Source: Phoronis australis (lineage: Eukaryota > Animalia > Phoronida). From it: a DNA stretch of 64,000 nt. The translations under genes and the position numbers were made by a program. Numbering within the stretch: position 1 is the stretch's first letter; each line of letters begins with the position of its first letter. The notes below the pieces were generated by a model. The model was not told where the DNA came from. It was given only the letters and a program-made list of their open reading frames with translations, and did not search any database. Positions 49,712 to 61,762 of this stretch are shown piece after piece. The DNA lies in contig NMRA01000109.1 in the NCBI GenBank assembly GCA_002633005.1, forward strand, positions 148,971-212,970, given 5' to 3'.

Positions 49712-50616
49712 GTAAATATTTGTTACTTGTCGAAATGCAGTTTCTCCAAGTTTGTTGTTTTGTCGTTTTTGCTTATTGTTGCGTTTCTTTATTTGCACGC
49801 TACAGGTTGCATTCGGTCAACATGAAATTTCCCAAAACACGTGTGGTGCCCTTTCAATTATTTACCAACTGGCTTACTGGGTTTCCTATCTGTATTTGAT
49901 ATACTCTGGAAAGCCTTGCAATTTCATCCACTTGCATAATGCAAGTTTTATTTGACCGTTTGAGAAGTATTTGCATGTACCGACCAAAAATTCGAGCCCA
50001 GGATATCCCGGATTCTATCCAGACACTGCAGGCTAATGACCTACATGATTCGAGACGAACTCCGGGACATTTCACATGATTTTCATATGGTCTAAAGATC
50101 TGTTAACACTCACAAATCTGACATCTATAGATCAGTGCAGTTGGGATATTTGATTGAAATGGTGATTTCTCAAGTGTGTGTTTGCTCGTTTTCCCGAGGC
50201 AGGCTGTAATCTCTTTGTAACCGGTCTGCAGTTAACCGATGGAGTGGTTGTCGGGTAAACTCTATTTTGAAATGTAGCGGCATTCACACTTATTCAATGG
50301 GAACTTCTTAAGTGAACTTCTTACCTGAATCTGGACACTTTAAAACTGTTTCATCAATTATATGTAAATGTATTAATTATCGACACTATTATACTGTTAC
50401 TGATTGTATTAAACGGGTTTTGAGAACCGATGATTTTACACTGCACGTAGTATAGAAGATTACAACATTCAAGTGCATTTACGGCAAAAATGTTAGATCA
50501 TTATCGTCAGTAATGGTCAATAGAAATTGTCAACGGTAACTTAAAACTTATTTTTTATCTCTTCGTTTAATGTTCGTTTCTATTAAAAATAAATATATTA
50601 CTGAACAAAATTCAAG

Positions 50617-50769
50617 GTGACAGTTCCAGTGGAGAGGGTACCAAGGACATCGGCGATGGCACTTCATCTAATCCTGGAGACCAAGGCGTGGGCGGTGGTA
50701 ATTATACTACGGACGGTGGTGATTATACTACGGATGGTGGTGAGGACATAGAAGGCAGTGAAGAAGATG
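50617..50769 (+). CDS. 153-nt phase-1 exon, Gly/Asp/Glu-rich low-complexity segment
   Basis: ttcaag|GTGAC...GAAGATG|gtgaga. GC-rich island in AT-rich DNA translating GDSSSGEGTKDIGDGTSSNPGDQGVGGGNYTTDGGDYTTDGGEDIEGSEED, with an internal 21-nt repeat. The acceptor is weak. Confidence 0.8.
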
Positions 50770-50835
50770 GTGAGAAAAAGTCCGTTCTGGAAACTCTTTC
50801 CAAACATTAAGTAAAAATCAGTGGAGATTTATCCA

Positions 50836-53126
50836 GGATTGTGATCAAACCCTCTCGACTCCCACAACCCTCGACCCCCCAACTCCGTCGACCCACGACC
50901 TGTGACAATAGATGTATCTGTGGGTTTTTTACATATTTCATAATCTTATCGTCGGGATATCAATGGTTGTCAGGCTCCAATGGTCGTCCGCCATCTTCTT
51001 TCGTGTGCAGGGCCGCCACGAGGGACTTAACGTTCCAATTTCGAGTGATCGTCTGGTTGTTAGGTACTAAACTCTCGGGAGAAAAACGCATCGACGAGAT
51101 GAGATGAAAATCGGTGCATTTACCGACTGTTTTTTGAAACCACTTAAAAACTTGTAGATTTTATTAATAGAATTTTTGTTCGTTTTCATAAGATATTTTC
51201 AAATTAAATTGCTCTACAAGTAAACATTTCACAGCAGGAACCAGATGGATTCCTTAATTACAAGAGAAAACACACACACTTACGATACCCAATGTGTAAT
51301 TGAGTATCGGATACTAAGTGGCACAGGTTAGCACAATACCAAATGGGTACATAATACCAAATGGGTATTGGCCGATGGCCTACCAACTGGGTCGAGCAAA
51401 ACGGCAAATTCAATAACAAGTACGAAATAGGTACAAACTGCCAAATGGGAAAATATCATATAATGTACGAAGTGGGTACACCAAACAGCCAACTGGCAGG
51501 TTCCGGAGAAACTTAGTGAGCAGACCAGCCGGGGTGATAAAAAGAGATATTGTAAAGAACGTGGTGTTGTGGCTGAAGAACGGGAAGGAGTCTACTACGT
51601 ATAAATTTTTTTAATTGGGAAAACTTGCGAGTGAATGTACTGTTGCTTGAGGCTGGGCCAACAGGAAGCTGGAGAGAAAGAACAAACAGCGTTACCATCG
51701 GACTTGGTAGGAACTAAGTAGGAGTTGGATATAAAGCATGAAGTGCTGTATGATGGTATTTGTCCAAATAATAGAATTTATGTCATTGTGCCATTAATCT
51801 CATTATTTATGATTAAAGAATCCTGTTAAAGGTGAGAAAAAAATTCAAACAATGTGACACTGAATATTTATTAGAGCAACTGTACTGATGTCTAATGATC
51901 TTTAACCAAGTCTCCATAGGCTACAGTTCTGTTTTGGCTGGCAAGGTGTTAACAGGAAGTGAAGAAATACTGGAAAGAAAAAGAAAGATAGCAAAGTTAC
52001 AAGAAGAGTAATTATTTAGCGCAAAAAATTTAGATTGTTGTAAACGTGTTTGTATGTTACCTCAAATTTTCTTATCCTCGTTATTTTATTGGTTAAATTT
52101 TAAACATATTTGAAATTCTGGTCCAACTTTAATCGATTTAAAATCAATGTTATACCAGCAAAACAGTCTGTGGTTGAACTAAAATTGTTGTAAACCTTTT
52201 CCCTCTATATTCTTGGTCTTTTCCTGCATGTTTTCTGTTCTTGCAAATGACGAAGATAAGAGTCATTGTAAAATGACTGCCAAAAAGCAATGTATAGTTC
52301 AAACAACTCGGCATAAATCAATGAAACTTTCGAATCAACGAATACTACATGTTTGTGAGAGTTCAATTAAATCCTATTCAGGGCATAACTTTGAAGTGGA
52401 ATAATTCTGTGAGAACGACAAGCCGGTTTTATGTTTAGGCGGACGGCCACTGGTTTCCCGAGAACTCGTCGCAGGGCGACTTTCCCATACGCGAGTCTGC
52501 TCTGGCTGACCTCTGGAAAGGAGCGTGAGAAAGCTGGTGGTCTCGAATACCGCATTGTGAGCGCGGTATCGTTGTCGCGGAAATAATTCCACGAGCGTCT
52601 ATCAATGGCCCAGTTCTAAAAAAACTTAGGGAGAGAGAACGTTAACGTGAATGAACATAATTTCATATTTTTATTATTTGCTTTATATTGTATACTCGTT
52701 TACAATATGCTCCGTGTGACGTTGAAATCTTTTAGTTTACAGTTTGTTTTTTCAAACTGTATTTACTATTAAAATTACAATTTTGTCGGTTCCTCGCACT
52801 CTGCAATTCACTGAAGTGCAGACGAGACGATTACTCTCTGCTGGGAACGACATTCGTAAGGTTGGTACATGTAGGTCTATGAACTCATTTGGTCGCGTTG
52901 TTTTTTTCTGTCTTTGGCTTTCAAACTTGCCGCATCGACTGTCTTAATTGCCAAAAACAGGGAAAAGCCAACGGAGCTCAAGGCCCAACTCTTTGATCCT
53001 ACAAGTCAGCGCTTGTTTTATGTTCAGATCGATTCGAGTTTGTGTATAGTCTAGGTCGAGGGAGTTGTGGGTCGTGGGGGTTGGGGATCGTGGGGGCCGT
53101 GGGTTGAGGGGGTTTCAAAACCATCC
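50836..53126. mobile_element. Longer Mutator-like element of the 27-32 kb MITE family, inverted relative to those copies
   Basis: TIRs ggattgtgatcaaaccc / gggtttcaaaaccatcc. Flanks atttatcca / attcctcca (7/9 match). 52600-53120 is the reverse complement of the MITE interior. Confidence 0.72.
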
Positions 53127-53614
53127 ATTCCTCCATTTACCCTGGGAATAACAGACCAACCATCACCGTGTTTCCTAGTAACATACTTATTCCCGAAATA
53201 TCCATTGACAACAACCTACATTTGAATGAGACTTAACTCTTTTGAAACGGATATTTAATGCGCAGAAAGAGTTTTGTAGCATACTGCAGGAAGTTTTCAA
53301 TTTAAACTAGACAGAATCGACTGAACTCCGTCAAACCTTTGACGAACATTAGTTTTAAGCTAGAATCGATGTTCATCTCCAGTCTGAGTTGAAGCGGGAT
53401 TGCTTTGTGTCGGGTGTCGACCGTTGGTAATTTATTCTCAATGAGTACATTAAACACGCTGCATACTGCTCACGGTTTCATTCCATATGAATACGAAAGC
53501 CGTCTCCGTTAAAAGTGGGTCTGCAAAACTGTTCAGGTGAAGTCAAATTTAGTTTGATGCTTGCGATTGGTTCATTGATATTTGCCATGAAAATTACCAT
53601 TATCGTGCTTGGTG

Positions 53615-53735
53615 CAGGGGCGAATCCAGGATTTTGAGTTAGGGGGACCAGGGTAGAGTATTAGCACCCACGAACTGCCAAATGGAATCTTAGGGGGGGC
53701 ATGGCCTCGTTGGCCCCCTTCTAAATTTGCCACTC
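53615..53735. mobile_element. Short MITE (family of 10-158)
   Basis: caggggcgaatccaggattttgagttagggg...ctaaatttgccact, flanked by tggtg on both sides. Confidence 0.65.
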
Positions 53736-54011
53736 TGGTGTGCTTTGTGATGGCACGGTTCGAAGAAGAGATGTATGTTTTCAGTCAGAAAACGAAAATC
53801 GGAAAGTGGTTGCGTTATTTAGTTCAGAATGCAAAATGTGTATTTCATTTCCAAATTACAACCAAAAATAAAAATTACTAAATTATTCTCACGAAATTGC
53901 TTCGAAGTTTGCCGCCACTAGTGTGTATGATTTGAATGAATTGAAGTAGGTGCTTGTCACACAAGCCGACGATTGTTGGGAACATCTTCTTCTGTCAGTA
54001 GCGTGTTCAGA

Positions 54012-54780
54012 TCATCTTGTGTCCCAAGAAAAACTATCATAAACTTCCATCATTATCGACTCTGTCATTCCGACGAGTCCCTCATAAAGTCTTCCAAAGC
54101 ATGGGCGGTTTGGTTTTAGATGCTGCGTGACGTGTTTGATAGTCTTCTGTGATAGGAATTTGTCATTTTTAAGCAAATTCCTGTTACTGCCAGCCGCGAA
54201 CAGGCACGTTTTGGCGCTGTCCAAAATCAAATTTACAGGTATCGTTTACTTGTGGAGCGGTTGAAAGCATTGGTGAATGCTGCATTCACAGGTCACTCAA
54301 AATGCCTGGGGGCACCTCTAGTGACAAATGATTTGTCGAGATTGAGTGAGTTGTAGTATAGTATTTCTGTAAAATCTCCAGTAGTGGTGATTGGTGGAGG
54401 TTCCTCTGATCCATAGGTATGCAGTAAGATTTTCCACTCACTTCCAAGCAGGTAATACACTGATGAATAACAATCTTGACAATCTGGCCTGTGCGTGGTG
54501 TCTAGCATTTCTTGTCCGTATGTGTTGTATTTAAAAGAACTCCGCCACCTAACATGGCTTAACGCTCAGAGTCCCAAATTACTTGATGAACACGCCCTTG
54601 GCTGAAAGAAGTATCAGGCGTCTAGTTTCAACTGGGATTTTAGCAATCAGCGTCGTGCACCAGTGCGGATTAGTTGTTGATCATCCAGGAATAAATTGAG
54701 GTGGTGCAAGCGGGTGCAACTTTCCTTGTAGCCTTGCAGTACTCTCATTTGGAAGATGGTAGACAATGAACCCATAGATG
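54012..54780 (-). mobile_element. Decayed BEL/Pao integrase fragment
   Basis: Frameshifted LNLFLDDQQLIRTG, QIVKIVIHQCITC, TTGDFTEILY, ILDSAKT and PCFGRLYEGLVGMT follow the motif order of BEL/Pao integrases. Confidence 0.75.
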
Positions 54781-54837
54781 CTCGAAGGGGCAGATACCAT
54801 CATCAGACGTATTTGTTGTTTTTCGTTTTCTGTACAG

Positions 54838-54876
54838 ATGGTCAACAAACTGCAGGACTTGGAAAATTACTACTAG
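54838..54876 (+). CDS. Candidate phase-1 exon (DGQQTAGL[GKLLL]), 24 or 39 nt
   Basis: Strong acceptor ttgttgtttttcgttttctgtacag. After 24 nt comes gaaaat (no GT); after 39 nt comes tag|gtttat. Both options keep the frame. Confidence 0.45.
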   Translation: MVNKLQDLENYY

Positions 54877-56498
54877 GTTTATTCTCCACTAAAGTGTGCA
54901 ACTGGAAAAGTTGTGTGAAAAAATAAAGTTGTCAGTATTGCTTAAAAGTGTGTTGGAATAAGATTGTTAATTTAAGTAGCAGAAGAGCACAAAAGGGTTG
55001 ATTCATAACCTTTCTGCTTCTGCTTTTGATGGTGTGAGTGGACAAAGAAGGGGACTCATTAAACATTAAACAATGTATCATAAGTTTTTATAAAGTATAC
55101 ACCTGTGGGTTATGATAGAAAAACATCACTGGTTTGCAGCAAAGAGATCTTTAATGTTATCGTTGTACTTTTGATTTGTACCTTAATGTCAACACTGCGA
55201 AAAAATGAAATGCATGACAATAGATGCTACTTTGGAAAAGGCCGTGTGTATTTTATGTGAGCCAAAATAAGGCGACTTGCAGGCAATGACGATACTGTAA
55301 AGGTAATTCACAGACAGTAAGCGAGAGAAAATTGTCAGTGGCATGACTTAAACAAAGCCATACCTATCGATGAAGAATTTACGATCACATTAAAAAACAA
55401 CCTGGAATGGTTTCATGCCCTTTTTTATCGAACAACAGTGTTGGAAGCTTTACTTGAAGTTAAGTTGTGTTATTTAACAATATTTTTGATAATATGTATC
55501 TTTTGTGCTCATATTTTGTACACTAGCTTTTATTTCTAGTACTCGCATCCGCGAACTTCTTCAAGAAAACCTTAAGTTGATTCTTTGCTCAATCGCATGG
55601 GAGAAGCATCACTAACTAACGAAATCGCAGCGTTTTACCAACATATTATTAAGAGAAAACGTATGGGTCCGTTGTCTCCAAACCACTACGTTGAATTTTG
55701 ACTTCCCTTTCTTCAAGTTCCATTTTCTGTGTTCTGTAACTCGCATGTCTGAGAACTTAAGACGTCCCTCTTTTTCTATCTTAAATGATCAGCTTTACGC
55801 AAAGCTTTTCATTTCATCTCGTTGATGTCCCAAGACCTTCATTTTCTGTTGAAATGGACACCTGGTTGCTCTGTGCACCATTACCAACACTTGTTTTCAG
55901 ATCTAGGACTTGAAACGACGTCCCCGTGGCAGATACTTGCTTCTTCTTTCTGTGGTATCTCCTGTTGTAAATTCGAGCCTTGGAGTTGTCCATTTCCTTT
56001 TGGGTGTTTCATTCCTGGGAAGCGTCAACCCTGTATCTGTTTTGCCTTTCTTTTTCCTTTCTCAGGAAATCAGGATCGTTGCGTTTTTTCTTTCTCGATA
56101 TGTTTTTTGAATCTTTGCTTGCGTTTTACTGATAATGTCTGAAACAGATAAGTTCCAATAAAAATGCCACGCCTGCACGAGAGAAAAAGGCCAATGAATC
56201 AAAGAAAACACTTCAATTATTCATTTTTATATATATGGAGCCGCTTCTCAATTCACTAAATCTATTTCGCACTTAAATATACATTCCGTTTAAATATGCT
56301 TGATTTGAATCGTCACTACCATGTTTGAAGGAGATTCATTGATAGATACATGTACGTTATATAGCGTGACATAGACACGTTTTTACAGAAAGCCTTTGTC
56401 GGTTGGACCTGTAGAATTTTATTTATTTTCCCTAAATATGGCACTGTTTCTTAACGCTATGAAAGCTACATCGCTTCGGAAAAAATTGTCCATTTTAA

Positions 56499-57794
56499 AG
56501 GCGAAGGCAACCTCTTTTCATGTCACTTTTAGCAAAAACAAGGTCTTTGATTATCCCAGACATATTTTTTACTTAATTACAGCTTTTTGTAATTTAATTA
56601 ATTACTCGTCATCTACTCCGGAAGTCACGTTTTGGGAGGCAAGAATTTCGCGCCAATTTCTTTTCATACAGTCTGACAGTGAGAGCAGTCTAGTCAGTCA
56701 TTGTTCTACCTCGGTTGTGATAAGTTTGGTGGTCGTTTGCTTTTGTTTACGAGTCAGTTAACATGCCACACTGTTGCTGCGCACCAGGATGTACTCATTA
56801 TCGTCTCACACGCGCTTTGGGAACCTTGCATCGCTTTCCGAAGGGTGACACACTTCGTCGTACTTGGCTAGCTCCCTCGTGTAAAGAACGCAGCACTACC
56901 CGTTCACGCAACGTACAAAGAAGTGGGAAGCATTTTCAGCCGTCAGATTACGACAGAGATATGTACGCTGAATTGATGAAGGTCCCTGCGAAACAACGCC
57001 TGAAGAAGGGTTCAATACCGTCGCTGTTGATTCCCGGCAGTGCCCCGTCGCCACACCCGAGAAATGCGTTTTTTTGAAGCGAGAATCCTCGCGAGCTGTG
57101 TTCCACTATATACAGTGACTGGAGGCACTTCATCTACTGTCATGCCTCCGAACGTACCCCATAGCGTGCAATTTCAGGAACTAGTAGTGATTCCCCTTGT
57201 GCTGTTGTCTCTAGCCCATAGCCTGTAAGCAGCCCTGCAGCGATGTTCAGCAGTGGGAGTGAATACAGGCCCAGTTTGACACCCAGTGAAAAGGACAGTT
57301 CGACATCCAATGAACAGATCGGTGAGCCTATGTTTGATAAGTTTATTGTGGACTTGTAGAAGGTGCCACGTGTGTGACGAGGGAGTCGCACGGCGGGATG
57401 TAAGCAGTTTGGGTGCTCAAGTCACCACCCACTGAGAGTGTGTCGCAGGACACTCGGGCAAGTGCGACAGTTCTTCCTTTGTACGTGAGACGATAGTGAG
57501 TACATCTCGGTAGGCAGCAACAGCGTGGCATGTTGACTGGCTCGTAAACAAAAGCAAACGACCGAACTTATCACAACCGAGGTAGAACAATGACTGACTC
57601 GACTGCTCTCACAGTCAGACTGTATGAAAAAAAAATTGGCGCGAAATTCTTGCCTCCCAAAACGTCATTTCCGCAGTAGACGACGAGGAATTAATTAAAT
57701 TACGAAAAGCTGCAAATAAGTGAAAAATATGTCTGGGATAATCAACAAACCCTATTTTTGCTAAAAATGACATGAAAAAAGGTTGCCTTCGCCT
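56499..57794. mobile_element. Foldback Kolobok-like element with ~315-bp inverted arms
   Basis: ttaa|aggcgaaggcaacc ... ggttgccttcgcct|ttaa (TTAA flanks, AG...CT ends). Each arm includes the start of a THAP ORF. Confidence 0.85.
56763..57077 (+). pseudogene. THAP zinc-finger domain ORF (truncated transposase N-terminus)
   Basis: MPHCCCAPGC..LHRFPK....RRTWL...SGKHF..DY....RLKKGSIPSL. The third Zn-ligand Cys appears lost (QRSGKHF). Confidence 0.8.
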
Positions 57795-58177
57795 TTAAAT
57801 CTGACAACTTTTTACCTACCTCGTCAAAGATGTAACTGATCACGCTTTGAACCATTCGGGTTTGTCTTCGGGTTGTCGATTCTGGCGCAATCAGACAATA
57901 TACATGTATGTCTGTTCGTCCAAAATGGAACACGACCGCATGGGAAGATTATGTAACTCCTGTTGTACATCGCATTAAGCTAACCAATAACGTATCTATC
58001 ACATAACGTATCGTTGAAACCAAAAACAAAACTGACGACGCAGGACACAATTTTGAGGAAAGGAATTAAACAACCATTTCAATACACTCTTACAGTAACC
58101 CCAACAACATTAAAAGCATTTACATTCCCAGGATACCTCCCAGTTTCACGTAATAACGTATCTTTGAAAACAATTGA

Positions 58178-59262
58178 AGACGATTTCATAAAAGTGGTTT
58201 AACAAAACCAGGTTTAAGACTTAAACCTGGTCTTCCTAAACCTGGTCAAATTTAAGACTTAACTTGCATTTCACCAACGTGGTTTAAAAGTCTGAAAGTC
58301 TGGTTTTGTTAGACAGGGAAGCCGGTTTAGTAAAACAAAGCTTTAAGTATCTAAGCCACCCTGCTGCGTCGATCTGGATTAACCCAAAGAAGACCCTATT
58401 GAAGTGCTTCAATGAAACCTTGATCACGTGGGTATGCAATGGCACACACTAGTAGAATCAGTGCAGACACTTTTCTCTTGAGGGAAAATGTAATGTCTGT
58501 GCCCAACACACGTGCACACATTAAAACATACTCACGATTAGCAGCAACATGATAAATGTCCAAATTTATTTCCGTGCCATTTTAGTGTTTATTTTTCGCG
58601 GCCAAAGGGGGTCCGGGACCCCTTTCCGGCAACATTAAATCGGAGACCAATGGAGGTGGAACTCAGAAGCGCTTAGGTCAACGACGCCCTACTCGACCTG
58701 TCGTACTCTGAGGAATCCGCAGGACACCGTCCAGCACGTACTGGTCTACACATAGGCGGCTCCAAGTGATCCGGACTCCCTTTTTCCATTGATTTTAGTG
58801 ATATCAAATCTATATTTTTTTTATTGTTGACTTGGTCCCCCCTTTAAAAAGTACTTGACCGACCCTCCCCCTTAAAAATCGTAGATCTGTCCCTGCTACG
58901 TTTGATCTTGTGTCGTCGTAACACTGAATATTGAAAATAGTCCATTTTCGCAATTGCACACTGCGGCATCATTCAGTTGCACCTACATCATGCAAGTCTG
59001 TCATATTTAACAGTTAAACCTGGGTCTGACCAAGTCTAAAGTAAAACCTGATTTAAGATCTTAATACAGGTCTCAGGAATATAACCCTCGTTGGTGAAAT
59101 TAAAACTGTCTTAGACCAGGTCTAAACTGGAGTTAAACCAGGTTTTACTAGACCACTGGTCTAAAAGTTAAACCACCTTTATGAGATGCAGATTATCTTT
59201 AAACCTGGTCTGAGTTCAGTTTAAACCAGCTTTAACTTTAAACCACCTTTACGAAATCGGCT
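58178..59262. mobile_element. MITE with subterminal aaaccaggttta repeats (PIF/Harbinger-like by terminal sequence)
   Basis: TIRs agacgatttcataaaagtggttt / aaaccacctttacgaaatcggct. Confidence 0.7.
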
Positions 59263-59267
59263 GTTGG

Positions 59268-60016
59268 GTAACTACTTTCTGTGTCAGAGACCCGGGGTTG
59301 GAGGTCTTGACCTTTTTAGAAAAGCAAAGTTATTTTTGTCAAATATTACCTTTACTCAAATCCAATTCAAAATCTAAACGAAATAGAAAAAGTGCGTCTA
59401 TAGATTAAGGTTTAGCAACTATTATACCTTACTACACATTTTATCACGTTAAGCTGCGAGTGGGAAAAATCGTCTGCTGAAGTAGGTTACCACTGGTAAC
59501 AGAATTATGCTCAAACCAAAGGATTCTGACGACACGATATCTGCATTCAAATTGAAGATCGGTGATTTTCTTAAATGAGCACGCGCAACAATCGCATGTT
59601 CAACAAAGGGCATTGTACTGACATTTATACGCTATGAAACAGAAGAAACAAAATTTCCATAAAAACAATATTTTGATTCAGTGAAAATTATCTCTCTTTT
59701 TCTCTCACTTGTAAATCACCCATCTCCAAAGTGAATGCGTGTATTATGACGTCGGGATCCTTCGACTTGAGCATTATACTCCGTTACCAGTGGCAACCTA
59801 CTTTAGCAGAAGATATTTTCTTGGCCGAAGCTTAGCTTGTTGAAATGTGTAGTAAGCTATAATAGTTGCTAAACCTTAATTTATATATTCACTTTATTTC
59901 TGTTTGTTTAGATTTTCAGTTGGTTTTGAGTAACAGCATTATTTGACATAAATAGCTCGGCTTTTCTAAAAGGTCACGACCTCCGACCCTGGGCTTCTAA
60001 AATAGAAAGTAGTTAC
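59268..60016. mobile_element. Foldback MITE with ~250-bp inverted arms
   Basis: gtaactactttct...ttaaggtttagcaactattata...aggttaccactggtaac versus gttaccagtggcaacct...tataatagttgctaaaccttaa...agaaagtagttac. Confidence 0.85.
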
Positions 60017-60362
60017 AAAGCCGAGGCTTGTCGAGAAAGGTAGAACAATTCACTGCATTGTTTCTCGTTCAGTATGGGCGATAATTCTCCGAAATCCACT
60101 CGGGCTATAGATAAGGGGTATAATGACTAAGAACATGTAATAATCTATATCAACTGGAAAAATTCCCGTCCATATGTTGACATCGTTTCAGCGCCAAAAC
60201 ATGAGCAAATCACATTGAGTAGTTTGGCATCAATTACAACTGCTTTCAACAACTCTTTTTTGTTAAAAGAGGTTATCGTTTTAGGTGCTGTATTTTATTC
60301 TCATCCCTATTTTTGTACTTGTTTTTGTCACAACGACATTGTGACACGCGTGTCTTTCATAG

Positions 60363-60386
60363 GTGAAACACATGTCGATCATGAAT
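60363..60386 (+). CDS. Candidate 24-nt phase-1 micro-exon (GETHVDHE)
   Basis: gtgtctttcatag|GTGAAACACATGTCGATCATGAAT|gtattt. The donor is weak, and a stronger gtgagt at 60410 would give an out-of-phase 47-nt exon. Confidence 0.35.
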
Positions 60387-61762
60387 GTATTTATCAATAT
60401 GTTCGAAGCGTGAGTGGGTTACTTAATAAAACCATGCTACATGTGTTTTCATGCTCTTTTGGTTGAAAGGAAATTGGCTAAAATTGGCAGGGCAAAAATT
60501 TTCCTCTCCAAGCAGTTAGGCGCACTGCGGATTCCCCTATGGGTCTGAAGGAACTCCAAACAATGTGGAAACACCTTTCTGTGTTACATGTGTCGAGCTA
60601 CTCTACAGTTCTGTCACAATCCCAAGCAGAATAACCATACGTGATTTTGAGGCTGGACAGACTCATACCTTAACCATGTCAACATTAAACAATGTGGAAA
60701 TACCAGCCAATGTTTCATATGTTGAAAACTACCGTTATGTCACACTTCCTGAAGCACAACATTCGAACAGGTTTTTTCAAACTTGTCCTGCTCGTACCTC
60801 AGACACTGGACAGCCTCAGAGTAACATATTTTCTTGACTGCCTGTTCAAAGAGCTGATTCACTGACCTTTCCTTTTCTATCCTTACCCTGCCTTTAGCTA
60901 CTTCTTCCCATTATAACAAGTGCTAATAGTTTCTCATAAAGATGAATTTTTGCAGGTGAAGTGATGTAATAATACAAGAAATACTTGGTATATGTTCCTA
61001 AGTGTTTCGACAGTTCTTTCTTTCATCAAATCAAAATGACGGTCCAATAGTGTCACGTCATGCGATTAAAAGGAATTGGAAGTTCTTTCAAATACACTGT
61101 GTTAAAATACATCAATGCAATCACTTCTTAGAACTATATTTTGTTGATTTTTAGTTTTAAAACAGATAAAACTGAAGTTTTGCAATTGATGACATGTTTG
61201 ATTTAGGAGTGATTATTTGTTTGAAATTTTCTTCGTATAATTATTTACAGTTTACTCCTTTTTTGGAATTCAGGCATAGTTGGAAAAAAGGATTGAACTT
61301 GGAATAACGATAATGGCAATGGACATTGATTTAAACATGGTCTACTAGATGCATCAGCACCTATAGCTCAGCCATGGTTTAAACCAAGGTCAAAAGCACA
61401 CTTTAAAAATAAACCATGGTTGGAAATGGGTTTAACCATTGTTGATCACTGTTAACTATAGTTAACCATGATCACATTTCTCAGGGGAAACCAAGAGGGC
61501 TGGATTCTACCCTAGCAGCATTTGGAATGGAAATTGTGTAGCTATGGTTCCATCTGTCGTTAAAAGATAAAACTGATTGAAGAAAATGATTTTGTTTACA
61601 CCAAAATTGAAATAATTTACTTGTTTCGTTTCACTAACTCTAAAGTTACATGAAACGTTAGGCGCTTAACGCAATTTGCATTCACGAATGTACCATCTCT
61701 TTCTTGTATACATGCAATTTATTAAATTTCGATCGTAAACATTATGTCGCTTCTTGGTTTAG

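Noticed and set aside
51819-51831. ttaaag|aatcctgttaaag|gtgaga exon-like signal
   Set aside because: 13 nt, contains TAA in phase 1, and lies inside a transposon.
55000-56150. K/R-rich broken reading frames on the minus strand, possibly a DNA transposase N-terminus
   Set aside because: Too degraded to assign to a family by eye.
60565-60837. 90-aa ORF with plausible composition
   Set aside because: No recognisable motif and no splice sites compatible with the phase-1 chain.
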